Assembly (NCBI RefSeq): GCF_009834535.1
Contig: NC_045697.1
Location: 112,222,001 to 112,286,000, forward strand
Direction of reading: 5' to 3'
DNA: 64,000 bases
Source: Camelus ferus
Taxonomy: Eukaryota
This document shows positions 1 through 12,193 of this stretch, piece after piece. The number at the start of each line of letters is the position of its first letter. Position 1 is the stretch's first letter. A program made the position numbers and the translations under genes. The notes under the pieces were generated by a model. It saw only the letters and a program-made list of their open reading frames with translations. It ran no database searches and had not been told where the DNA came from.

Positions 1-254
1 TTAATATGCCAACAATTTGTTGCAAATGTTTAAGACAGTTTATTAAACTTTAAATTTTTGATACTCAAGAAATTTTGTTATTTAATAAAATATGTTACTC
101 TTTCAAGGTTTTTATTTCCTTTATTGCTTATAGCTTAGAAATTCCTTTTCTACTGAGATAAATGTCTATCAACATACTCTTGTTCATTTAATTTTATTTT
201 TACAATGTTTAACACAAATCCTTCCAGACTTATTTTGGTTCATAAACCAAATAG

Positions 255-425
255 AGCAAGTGATTTAACCTCTTTGTGCATCAGGTTTCTCTTTTATAAA
301 AATGGGAATAATAATGGTACATACTTCAGAAGTTTGTTTTGAGGTTTAATTAAGTTAATTACATAATGAGCTTGAAGCAGAACTTAACATTTAGTAGGTA
401 TTCAATAAATATTAACCATCATTAT
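255..425 (+). mobile_element. MIR SINE fragment
   Basis: MIR core-like GCAAGTGATTTAACCTCT...AAAATGGGAATAATAAT and tail CAATAAAT. Confidence 0.75.
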
Positions 426-431
426 TTATAA

Positions 432-640
432 CTATTTGTCTAAATTCTAAAATCTAGAAATCTCTGAATATTGAAAAAAAATTTTGTGACTTATTTGCAC
501 AATGTGACTTGAACAGACTTGGCTGCTTTTATCACGAATGGTGTGAACTTTGTATATTATGCTGCTGTGTTTGATTTCAGGGTGCTGACTCGAACCCCTT
601 TGGAGATATAACACAAAATACATTATATAGCAAATATTTT
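432..640. mobile_element. MER46C-like (Tigger-derived) DNA transposon fragment
   Basis: Resembles remembered MER46C consensus (TGTGTTTGATTTCAGGGTGCTG...ACCCC; TGACTTGAACAGAC). Confidence 0.55.
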
Positions 641-1064
641 CTCTCTTATAGGATAAATGAATAAAAAGCTTTAGAATGCAATTAGTCTCCGAATCCAGGA
701 TTTGGTGCTATATTAGTTATTCATCAGCTGCTAAATGCCAGGCATCATCTTAGGTATTATATATATATATACATATATATTCTGTAATTTTAGTTAACCA
801 TCTTGATGACTCAGTCATACACTCACTCATTCAACCAACAATCTCCAAGTTCTGTTCAGGATGTTTGGATATATCATTAATAAAGCAGAGCAATTTCTCC
901 CTCCTTTTTTGAGATAGCTGTTGTATTTCTTTGAGACTGTATCACCAATTATTGTTATAATTAATAACTTTTAAGAAGTGGTAAGAAATAACACTGTATT
1001 AAAATTACTCTAGAGTTGTACACACCTTGATTTCAGAAACATTGCAATAAATTAAGAAAAAAAC

Positions 1065-1155
1065 TTAGTTGTATTTTACAGGACAAAGTGAGGTCCAGAG
1101 AGATGAAGATATTAATCAAGGAATAGTGAATGCCAAAACTGGAGTTAGAACCTTT
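1065..1155 (-). mobile_element. MIR fragment
   Basis: TTTTACAGGACAAAGTGAGGTCCAGAGAG resembles the reverse MIR core. Confidence 0.55.
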
Positions 1156-1394
1156 TCGAAGGCCAGCCTCTTTTCACTGCTCCATTTTTACATCTGTTGG
1201 AAAGAGCCCCAACAGAATACATCTTCCTTTTCCCCCTTCTCCTCTTCTTTCTCTCCCTTCCTGACCTAGTCACCAAAATCAACCAAACATAATTGACTGT
1301 TCCTTTTATCTGTACGAGATACAGCTCAGGAGACCCCATTTAGATCTGTTACAATTATTACTATCTTTGTATCACACTTCCACTCTCTTTTCTC

Positions 1395-1550
1395 ATAAAA
1401 TCTTCTCAAGTAAGACAGAGGTCATTAACTTCCTTTCTCAAATGAGAAAGATAAAGTGGCTAGGTTAAATGAATTGCTTAAGCCATAAAATACATCACTA
1501 GGAGAGTCAGGTCCAGAAGCAAGGTTGTAGCACTTTGAGTCCTTTCCATA
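1395..1550 (-). mobile_element. MIR fragment
   Basis: TTTCTCAAATGAGAAA...GGTTAAATGAATTGCTTAAG resembles the reverse MIR core. Confidence 0.5.
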
Positions 1551-3164
1551 TGGCTCTTGCTGTAGTTTGGGAATTAAAGTAGACTTCAAAAATCATGAAT
1601 GCTTATTGGAGTCTTTCCTTAGTAAATATGTTTTATCAGCATTTTTCTCTCATAATAGTTAAAAAAATGTAGTCTTAGAAAAGTAGTCTGCTATAAGATT
1701 AAGAACTATGATTCAAAAATCAGAGAACTATCTCCCTGTGTGTGAATATTCTTTTCTGTGTTGTTCTTAATTCCATGCCTGTACAGGGGATCAGCAAAGG
1801 TAATTGAAGAAATTTGAAGATATATACATGATCACAAGATCTGGGTGGAAATATTGAAGGCAGATCACTGATGTTACTATAACAGCTGAATATCATGAGC
1901 ATTTGACTAAGAAAAATTCCCACTTAATATGATGAGGAATTGACATATGTTTAGGAAAACCAGCATCTCTATTTTCAGAATACTTTAATTTTAGGAGACA
2001 TTGTATACTGTACATTTTTTCATAGCCTGCTGTTGTACATAGTTTCCTTTTTCTTGTCGCAAGCAGTGTGCCCGTGTCGAGACTTTTTCCTCATCATTTC
2101 CTCTACCTTTAAACAAGTGTTTCCTCTATGATGACCACTTCTGTGCCGTGTTACTGCCAATGACCGGCTACAGACACCTGAGACAGAGCATCTGGAAAAT
2201 GAGCACCTGGAAAATGACATGGGATGGGCCACCTGTCCTGTAAAATAAGCATGTTTACTGACAGAAGGACATACTGAAGCCAGAGTCAGGATAACATTAA
2301 TATTTAGATCACATGTGTGCAATAAATTAATTTCTCTGCTTACATAGATTATGAATATAAGGATTCCCATTATTTGTTTACATTTTTATTTCATAAATAA
2401 GAAATCAATAATACAAAAAGCTAGGTTAGCAGCATACCTTCAAAGAATGATAATCTGTAATGTGTACCTTTTGACCTTTCCACAAATCCATTCAAATAAC
2501 CCTTGTGTTGCTGAACATCAGCCAATTATCAAAAAGGAAAGATAAAAAGGGACTTCAGGAAAAAAAATCTATATACTAAACCTTTCTATTTAAAGAAGCT
2601 TGGTTATACATCTGTGTCCAAGGAATATTATTTTCAATGATACAAACAAATGGATCCTTTGAGATACAATGTGTAAAAGGATCGATTTTCCTTGTTAATA
2701 TCCACAGTAGGGAGGGAAGCCTCCCTTTGGATGTGTGTTTGCCTTCCCAGATCCACTAGTGGACTCATTGTATGGAAAAGTGAGTTGCTGAGGTAGACTT
2801 CGTCTTTATTTAAGTTGTTTATGGTTCTTTTTTCAAATTTCATTTTACTGTGATCTGTCTCCAAGTATAGAGTCACCACATCTTGCTTTCGGTCTGAAAC
2901 TCTTTAAGGAGAGATAAGAAACTAAAATTTATTTGGTATACTGAGATTTCTTTTCTTTGTAAATAATTTTGGAAGTGTTTCATTAACAGGGATAATGGAA
3001 ATAAATTTTTTATGATGGATTGAGTAACTGATGGAAAAGTTCACAAAAGCATGTTGTCCACCTTACTAAGTAGAATATGTATATAGAAAATCATCATGGT
3101 TTTAATTTTTTTAGAGAAAAAATATCTAAAACTTGCTAGTATGCTATTACAGGGACAGTCTTTA

Positions 3165-3390
3165 TGTGTTAAGTTGATAGAATAAAATCTTAAATCCGAC
3201 TTGCTACTGGTTTAGTTGCCTGGACAATTCTTGTAACCTCTTCAGGTATCTGTTTCCTCATCTTCAAGAGCAGTTAATAAGATATTCGTGTCATGGCAGT
3301 TTTAAATTTCAAGTGGACTAATGCATGTTAGCACTCAGCACAGTATCTGACATGTCATAAGGGCTTAATAATACTAGTTTTGCTTATTAT
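3165..3390 (+). mobile_element. MIR SINE
   Basis: AACCTC...CTGTTTCCTCATCT...CACTCAGCACAGTATCTGACA...CTTAATAA. Confidence 0.7.
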
Positions 3391-4552
3391 GTAATAATAA
3401 ATTCATACCTAGGAAAACTTGCTTTGAAAAAGTTACTAGCTATTAGTGAATCTATTAATTTGGATAAAACCAAAGAATAAATATTTCATATTTCGTGAAA
3501 TCCACAAGGGAAAATACTAAAATATGTTTATTTCCCCCCAGAACAGTCGCTGTTTTTGTGCAGACAATCATGTATCAGTATGAAACAGTGCAGCAGAGCA
3601 TCAATAATTGAGGCAGAGTTAATATTTCCACTCTGAATCTTCAATTTCAACCTTTAATAATATATTCACCATTTAAATGAAATTAGAACGCAAGTTAGGT
3701 TTGCAAGATTTGAGTTTGGATGTCAATTTTTCCTAAGAATTTTGAGACTTCTTTCGATGTAACAATTGGATGCTTTATTTTAGTTATTTATAGCTACCAA
3801 CTTGGATAAAAAATATCTTGAAATATTCAAGCAGCACGACTTAAAAATTACAAATAAAGAAAAAAAATGCTCAGAAGTGGGAAATGTCAGTGGCATAGGC
3901 AAGGATCTTGGTAGGTTAACACACACTGAGAAAGAAGTTCTTGAAGAGATGTAGTAAATTTACTTTGCTAAAATCAAGGGCTGTGGTGAGGACCACGGCA
4001 CAATAAATTTAATTCTCAAAGAAGGCCAGAATCATACAACTTAAGACTTTCCTTAGGACCAAATAAATGAACACATATGAATGCATTTCATTTTTCTTAA
4101 AGTAAGAGATAGAGGTTTTGCTTTAACCCTTTAAAACAGTGGTTAAAAAAAGTTGAAGGATACATTTTCTGATCTTTTTGGTTGTCTGAGTTCCCCAGAT
4201 CTGCTAACCTTCTACTGACCTTGTTCTTGTCTCCCATTTGTGTATTAGGCCAGTGAATCGAGAAGAACAGTAAGAGAAACAGAAGCAATGAAGATAGATG
4301 GGGCAACAGAGAAGCAATCTAGGAAAGAAGGTTTACAACTTAACCTTCTGATATACTTAGAACAGCATCATTAACAGTTCTAATTACCACTTTTCAAGCA
4401 ATTAGATTGTTTGTGTATTCTCAAAGATGGTCATTGCTCACATTACCAAATTCTTACCTCTCTTAGTTCTTTTTCATCTAGTTGCTGTAAATTTTAAAAT
4501 TCTTCATTATTTTGACCTTTAAAAATATTTGTTTCTAAAAGTTTCTTATGCA

Positions 4553-5016
4553 TTTTATTTTATTTTTTACTGACGTATAGTCGGTTACAATGTGTCAGTT
4601 CCTAGTATACAGCATAATGTCCCAGTCATGTATATACATACTTATATTCCTTTTCATTAAAGCTTGTAACAAGATATTGAGTATAGTTCTCTACGCTATA
4701 CAGAAGAAATATGTTTTTTTATAATCTATTTTTATATATAGTGGCTAACATTTGCAAATCTCAAACTCCCAAATCTACCCCTTCCCACCCCCTTTCCCCT
4801 GGTAAACATGATTGTTTACTATGTCTGCGAGTCTGTTTCTGTTTTGTAGATGCGTTCATTAGTGTCCTCTTTTTAAATTTTTTTAGATTTCACATACGAG
4901 TGATATCATACGGTATTTTTCTTTCTCTTTCTGGTTTACTTCACTTAGTATGACAATATCCAGGTCCATCCATGTTCCTGCAAATGGCATTATTTCATTC
5001 TTTTTTATGGCTGAGT
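4553..5016 (-). mobile_element. L1 3' end (ORF2 C-terminus + 3' UTR), 5'-truncated
   Basis: T-rich tail on the left; minus ORF gives SAIKKNEIMPFAGTWMDLDIVILSEVNQKEKEKYRMISL, the L1 ORF2 C-terminus. Confidence 0.9.
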
Positions 5017-5738
5017 TGAAGGAAAGTACAAAAAGACATGTAAAATGCATGCTACTCAGCCATAAAATGTATTTTTTTAAAAGTAAGGATGTTAACAAGG
5101 ATGCTAAGTATTTATTTCTAATATATTAATGATACCCAAACATTTCAATTTGAACATAAATAAATGAAAACTAACACTTGCAGATTTCCTGTATTATTTA
5201 CAAACTATATGCATCATGGCCTTTTTGATACTTTATTTTTAAAAACAATTTCTGATTCTGCTTTTTTACAATTTATTAACTTTTCCTAAGAAAAATCCTG
5301 GTGGATCTCACAATTTCATAATGTATAATAACATCTGTTTAATACAGTGATGAGCCTTCAAGTTGTTATTATATTGTGTCCTTGTGTTTACAAAGATTAA
5401 GGAGTTCCTCATTGCACCCGTATTTTCAATAAATGCTGTTCCTCGTCTCTCCTTATAAAGGGTGATGGTGGATGAACCTGGTGGCAAAGTGCCTGTTCCT
5501 ACCTAGGACTCTCAGGGCAGCCTGCCTTATCAGCATTGTCTGCTGGTGGTCTCCTCTGGGTCCTTAGCGTCTTCCAGGAGAGTGGTAGGTAATACTGTGG
5601 ACCTCAAGAGATTCTTTGAAGCATTGATTGATAAGGGCACAAGCTATCACTTGTTAAGCTCTGTTCTCTGAATAGCCAGAATTTTTTAACATGAAGTCAT
5701 CCTAGATTGATGTAGGTCTGGATCTCAGGTCTGGGGTT

Positions 5739-5746
5739 GTGTGTGT

Positions 5747-5804
<58 letters not shown>
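5739..5804. repeat. (GT)6 AT (GT)26 microsatellite
   Basis: Read directly from the sequence. Confidence 0.97.
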
Positions 5805-5806
<2 letters not shown>

Positions 5807-6649
5807 CCCTTAATACCAGGGAAACTTCAGAAGTACTGAGGCTGTTTTCTTATTCCTCTGATAAAAACGTCTATTGACATTATATAGAATATTAAGCAAA
5901 AAATTAGCAACACATCTTTTATGGCTCTTAATGAACCTCTTGCGATTTAAATGGTTTTATCAGCTGCAGCTGTCCCTGGGGCCAAGCCAAAAGGAAGTCA
6001 TCTCTAGGGTGTCCAACAGTATTTGGTGGGGAGGAAAGGAGGCACAAAGCAAGGCCACGGATGAATTTCTGCTTTTGGCTTCTCCCTAGGGAGCCGCAGT
6101 CTTTTCCATGTTAATTTCCTGGGTCATCGCGGCCCTTAGTTTCCCAGCGCTTTGTTTCAGATTCTTTCGCCCATAAACAGTACACGCCTTTTTCTTCATC
6201 CTTCGAGCTGCTCGTCCCTGAGGCTACCACCGGCCAGACATCCTAAACTTTCTCACTAAGGCTGGGGCTCCGGAGTCCTGGAGGTTCTGGTCGTCCTCCT
6301 GGCTGCAACGTAGGTGTCCATTGGCGTGCTGGGGCGCAGGAGCCTCTGAGAAGCCAAAAAACTTTCTCCTCGCCCTCAGCATCTGCTGTCAGTCTGAGCA
6401 CCTTGGTAGACATCCTTGCAGCAGCACCCGCACTTTTCGTAGGCTCCACCCCAACTCTGCCCGCACACACCCTGGGAGCGACCTTTCGGCAGACCCCTCC
6501 GGGTCCTGTCCTTGACTCCCGCGATCCTGGCCCGCCGGGCTCGCGGGTGCGCCTCCGGCTCCACGCCGCCTCCGCCCGCTCTGCGTCTCCGCGTGCGCGC
6601 CGGGTTAGCCAGTCTTTGAGCATGGCAGATTTCCACCGGATGACATCAT

Positions 6650-6878
6650 GGGAGCGAGTGAGTGCCGGCTCCGCGAGGGGGACGGAGGAGGGGAGGGGGG
6701 AGAGGAGGGGAGAGGCTGGGAAGAGGAGCCGGAGTCGGCTGCCTGCCGCCGGCCGTCCGTCCGCCAGCCGGGTAGGCGCGCTCCGCCCGCCGCTGACAAA
6801 GGATGGGAGGATGCCTGCGCCCCGGGATGCGGGCGGCGCGCAGCCCCGCGGCCGCCTGAGCGGCTTCGCTCTCCGCCG
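6650..6878 (+). other. Candidate first exon 1a (start approximate; probably 5' UTR, possibly coding)
   Basis: Strong donor CCG|GTGAGT with the intron starting at 6879, inside the CpG island and downstream of a purine-rich leader. TSS is inferred only. Confidence 0.65.
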
Positions 6879-7299
6879 GTGAGTGACCGTGAAGATCCTC
6901 CAGGCAGCGACGCTGCGAGTCGGCACCTGCTCAGCCCGCCGTCCCGGGCGCCTGGGTCCACGACCCGAGCGGGGCTTGGCGTGGCGCCAGCGCCAGAGCG
7001 CAGGCAGCAGGTGCCGGTGCCCGGAGAGTCCTTGCAGGAGCGGGGGCCCCCAGCCCGCGTTCGCGGTGGTGCTGGGACCCACCTCTTCCGCGGCTGCCTG
7101 GGCGGTTACCCTTGCCCACCTGCCCGCCGGCGCTCGCCCTGCGCGCCAGCGGTTTCTGGTGGGTGCCCGGTGCGCGGCCGCTGCTGACACCCGCTTCATG
7201 CTAGTCACCGACCGCGCCCCTCGGACAGCGCGGAATAGATGACAGTCCCTTGACAGGCTCCGGCGTGGGCTTGACGGGCTCGGACACCGATTCTCCGCG

Positions 7300-7485
7300 G
7301 AGGGCGCGCCGCCGGCCGCAGAGCGCAGCCTTTGTCTTGGGTTGGCGCCGGGGCGCTCAGCCCTGCGTCGGGCTCTCGGCGACCGTCGAGGGGGATCGGG
7401 TCCTGGCACCCTCCGCCCGACAGGGATGCCAGCGCGTTGCTACTGCGGGCGGGACTGAGACGCCAGAAGGGTCTTGCGCCCACGG
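7300..7485 (+). other. Candidate alternative first exon 1b (start approximate)
   Basis: Second consensus donor CGG|GTGAGT with the intron starting at 7486, within the CpG island. Confidence 0.4.
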
Positions 7486-10204
7486 GTGAGTGTCGCAGTA
7501 GTCCAGATGCAGAGCGAGCTTCTTAAGCTCCAGGAAGTGAAGTGACCAATCGAGGTAGAAGAAACCCAAGTTTTGTCCCCAAGTGTTCTGAGTGAAAGAG
7601 CAAACTTAGGGAGACTCACTCTCGCTCTGTTTTCTGGTTGCCAAAGCGCTTTTCTCCAGGCTTGTTTGTGGCAGGTGGATGCAGTTGGAGGCACGTCCAG
7701 TTTATAGTTAGGGGGATCCGCGTCTTCCTGCAATCCCTTTTGTTATTCAGTAGTTCCGGAAGAGATTTGCTTTGTAAATATTTCTGAGATCCGGAAGATG
7801 GTCTATGACAGAGCTCTGCGGGCTGACAGAGGAAAGAACTGGGAACCGGCTCAAGTCCCTTAGGTTAGAGCGGTGCCACCTCTGAGACTGGTAACCGCCG
7901 TGCCCGCACCCACGCCTCCGCGCCGCCTGCGGCTTTCACCCATGTTTTACCGATGAATCCTTCCTGTTTGGGCAGAGTCCAATGTTCAGATCCCAGAAAA
8001 GTAGCCATACCCATTGGCGTATTTGATTTTAATGTCAATTTATTTCCAAAAGGAAACCTTTGTGAATAAGGTGGAAGGAAGTGAAAGTTTGCTACTTCAG
8101 GGTTCAGTTACTTCATTTTGGGGGAAGTTTCATCCACTGCCATTGGAATCTAAAATAATTAAAATTTTAAGAGCTATTTCATATTCATGACTTCAGTGTA
8201 TAATAAGGGATCTCTGAATACTAACGAGATTCTTGGTATGCAGATTTGATATTTCAGCATTTAAGATAATATTAGGGTATAAGAAAGTAACAGTCACGGT
8301 TATAATCCGAAGGGTCATTTTAATTTCTTTTTATTGAAGACGTGCTGCTTTTCTTTCAGATTGTTTATTTTTCTTTAAAGACAGGTGTACCTAAGTAAGC
8401 TTTTCTCGGCCAGAGGTATCAAAGTAAATTTTCTTCATCAGTGATTGCTCTTCTGATAAATTTGAGGTCTTTGCAGAACGGATATGATAGAAAGTGATTG
8501 GATTAAGAAATGTGGTGGAAGTAAAAAAGAACCTGGATAAGATAATGGGAGGAGGTTTTACTAAATATAAACGGCGGAACTAAGATCTATCTCAGAGGAT
8601 GTCACATCAGTTTTGCTCGTTGTCGCTTTTACACGCTTGTCTCTCCTCCTGGGAAGGGCGTAACTGAATGTTTGATTGTGTTGTGTTACATGGAGAGGCC
8701 CGTGATGTAACCAGAGAGAGCCATTCTTTATCCAGGACTTCAGGGCTTGGCAGCAACATCATCTCAGAAATAAACTTTTTACTTTATTATTTGTTTTCTG
8801 ACTTCTTATGACAAGGGCTCCACCTGTTTCTTCAAAAGTTTTATTTCTTCCTAACTTTATTGTACTCATTTCTTTATAGTAAAGCGTAGAGACCTTTACC
8901 TGAAGTTTGCTATAGAGCCTGTCGCTCTCATTGGCTGGTTTCCTTAAATACTGTAGTACCAGAATCTCTTTAAAACTCGCTCAGTGAACATACAATCTGC
9001 TGATGTGCTCATGGGATGGGCTGTACTCGACATAATAATGTACATTTCTGTAAAATGCATATAATTCTGATCTCACAATCAGCCAACAGTGATAAGCAGG
9101 AGGTATATGGTAACTGGCTCATGGTTTCTGGCCAGTGCTATTTCCTTTAACATTAAGGTGTTTTACCCCCTTTATATGGAAATGTACATTAAGGGTAACA
9201 GGTTATATTTTATATTGGAAATCTTTCATCATATTTCAAAAGTGTTTATCCCAGAAGGTCAAGAATATTTTGCTACTTCACTACACATGTACTAGAATAT
9301 GTGAGGAAAGTCCTTAGAAAATGTAAGTATCTTATAAACATATATTGTTTGGTATATTTGATAGGTGGTACAACATTATTTTTGAAAACATATGAAGTAA
9401 CATTCTCCTACTTTTTTTTAATGTGGTTCACAAATATTTTGGCTATTTTGTTACACTAGGACTCTGAATTGGGAAAGATGAGAGGAAGGGGAGGGATCTG
9501 TGTTACAAGACAGTAACAAAACTATAATATATATAGTACATTTTCCAGAGTAGGCAATGGTGATGTCCCAAGGTCATGGACAAGAGCATTGTGTCAGAAT
9601 ACTGGAAGATTTCCAAGAAAAGATTATGTCTGAGGCATTAAGTTTATACTATTTTGTGGCCCCTTACTTTCATTGTTTCAGGTGTCTGATTTGAACAGAT
9701 AATGTAGGATTTCTGTGATACAGTAAAACTCTCTTCACTTTCCTTGAGGCAAAATTGTGTCTTGAACTCAATCAGAAATTTGTTTTATGGTCTTTTCTGT
9801 GGTGTAATTCAAATTCTAGCTTAAGGATGCTTTATGGATCACAAAACATTGTGATTTTAACTTTTGTGTAGGCCTTGGATATGGAAATTGGTCAGTAAAA
9901 GCTTTTTGGCTGAAAGGTTTTGGCATTTCAGCTTTTTCTGGAATTATAATTTCAGAGTGAAAAATCAACAGTTTTGGAATCATTAAAATATTTAGGAACA
10001 TGATGATATCTTATTAATAGGGCTAAGATAATTTTTTATCTTATGATTTTTAAAGGGACATTTTTTTAATGAGAAAAAAATTCCCAGGAGCCAGAATTAT
10101 GCCATTGTTACATATTGGAAACATTTTGCAACTTAATGGACTTCCTTGATACTATTAATTCAGTTTCCACTTCCCAGTGTCAGAGTGCTGAGCACTGAGT
10201 AGGA

Positions 10205-10400
10205 AGCATGTGTTCTGGCTTTGACTTGGTCTTCTGATTGAGGGTGAGCCTCTGAGCCTCTTGAATAGTGGTATCATTTTACATAAAATAAAGATGACAG
10301 TATCCTGCCCTGCCTTTCCCACAGGGAATGGTGCGCAGTAAATGAGAGAGCGTGCAGAAGCGATTTCAATACTAGAGAAAGAACTATCTAACAAATATTG
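10205..10400 (+). mobile_element. MIR SINE
   Basis: CTCTGAGCCTC...ACATAAAATAAAGATGACAGTATCCTGCC...AAATGAGA. Confidence 0.55.
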
Positions 10401-10559
10401 TTAATTAGTTAACTGTTAAACTTCAGATATTTTCAGTTAGAGAAGTAATGTTCTATGAAGGTTGAATTTAGTTTGTGCTTTCAATTTTAAACATCTGGTA
10501 TTTTCAATTAGGGGCATTCTCAATGATTCACTTGTTATAATTTTCATAAAAATTGTTAT

Positions 10560-11710
10560 GTAGGTTGTCATATATCTTTTTTATTGCACATTTCCTGTCA
10601 ACAAACTATCTCACTCTCTATGTGTCTAAAATATTTTTATATAGCCTTTATTTTTAAAGACTATTTAATCTGGGCAAAGAATTTTTGTTTGGTAGTTATT
10701 TTCTTTCCACATTTTACCTTGGTTTTCTTTCTTTTCTTTTTTTTTTAATGATAGTTAATTTTTTTTTAAAGTGCGTGTAGTCAGTTACAATGTATCAATT
10801 TCTAGTGTACAGCACAATGTCCCAGTCATGCTTATAAATATACATATATATATATATTTGTTTTCATATTCTTTTTCATTAAAAGTTATTATAAGATATT
10901 GAATATGGTTCCCTGTGTTACACAGAAGAAATTTGTTTTTATCTATTTTTGTTTATAGTAGTTTCCTTTGCAAATCTCAAACTTCCAAATTTATCCCTTC
11001 CTTACCCTTTTTCCCAGTTAACCATAAGATTATTTACCATTTCTGGGAGTCTGACTCTGGCTTCTGTCAGACCTGCCAGTCTTCCATTAAAGGTAATGTG
11101 TCTTTATGGCTGATTTAAAATTTTTCATTTGTCTTTATTATTTTTTTTTTCAGTTTTACTTTGGTGTTCTTACGTATGATTTTCTTTTGGTTTATCTTTC
11201 TTGGAGTTTGGAGAGCTTCTTGAATTTGTGGGTTGATGTCTTTCATCAAGTGAAATTCATGGTGGATTTTTGATATATGGCTCTCCTGCCTCCTTTTCTC
11301 CTTTTCTGAAATCTCAATTATACGTTTAACACATAGTTTCACTGTGCCCAGCATGGCTCTTATATTTGTTTCACTCTTCCACTTTTTATTTTTCTCTATG
11401 CTTATTTGGAAATTCTCATTTGACCTTTTTTTCTAGTTTACTAATATTCTCCTTCACTGTGCCTGTTATGCTGTCAGGCTCGCCTGTGGGTTGTTACTCT
11501 AATTACTATAGTTTTCTGTTTTCAAATGTGCATTTCATTCTTTCTGTGGATACTAATTTCTCCATTTTCTCCATCTTTTTCTGTGACTTTGCACATGCTA
11601 ATCAGGATTATTTTTAAGTTTTTGTCTGCTATTGCCAACAACTGAATTACTGCGAGCTTCTTTTCAGTGGCACTCTTTTCTCTGGATTTTAGTAATTGTG
11701 TATAAAAATT
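10560..11710 (-). mobile_element. Old L1 (ORF1 region), interrupted by a younger L1 3' end
   Basis: Minus ORF 11115-11354 HLMKDINPQIQEALQTPRKINQKK resembles L1 ORF1p. Confidence 0.7.
10730..11060 (-). mobile_element. Lineage-specific L1 3' UTR fragment
   Basis: Closely similar to the L1 3' UTR at 4570-4840 (GTTACAATGT...AATGTCCCAGTCATG...CAAATCTCAAACT). Confidence 0.85.
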
Positions 11711-12193
11711 GTAGAGGCTCCAGATGATTCATCCAAGTTCAAAGAGTTGTCAACATTTCTTCTGCTAAGCAGATAAAATGGAGAGGTGGCCAATCATTGC
11801 CATCCATCCAATCAGTGATCGAGCTAACTCTAGTCCTAGTGGACTCTGTCCCCTGCAGGGGTACTCAGCTGCCGAGGCACAGACATCCAGAGCCTTCCAC
11901 TGGTGTATCCACAAGTACTAAGCACAGTTAGTCAGGGCAAGACCTCTGAGAATCCTGCCCTTCATTTCAGAAGCTTTCTTCTTAGTGTCTTAGACGCCAA
12001 ACGCATGTGCAACTTCAGACTCTGCAAATATCATAATGAGTGAAAACAAGCATGTGCCATCTTCGTGTTTGGTCACTGTGATCCTGGCTCCTCCTCTCAC
12101 TAATCTTTTATCTTTGGCTCCCAAAAAACAGCCAAAATTTCTGCTGGATTCCCTATCCCACATCAGTAGTCCTTTTCTCGGGCTGTGTGTTTA

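Larger units (their letters stand above)
6230..7950 (+). promoter_or_regulatory. CpG island promoter of an unidentified + strand gene
   Basis: Abrupt shift from AT-rich, CpG-poor DNA to very GC- and CpG-dense sequence. Contains GC boxes, an ETS/CRE-like ACCGGATGACATCA near 6635-6648, CCAAT near 7547, CCGGAAG ETS sites near 7756 and 7791, and + strand splice donors. Confidence 0.92.

Noticed and set aside
6243..7409. 388-aa minus-strand ORF and other long overlapping ORFs in the CpG island
   Set aside because: R/P/A/G-rich, low-complexity translations in several frames are expected from GC-rich DNA with few stop codons; no recognisable domain.
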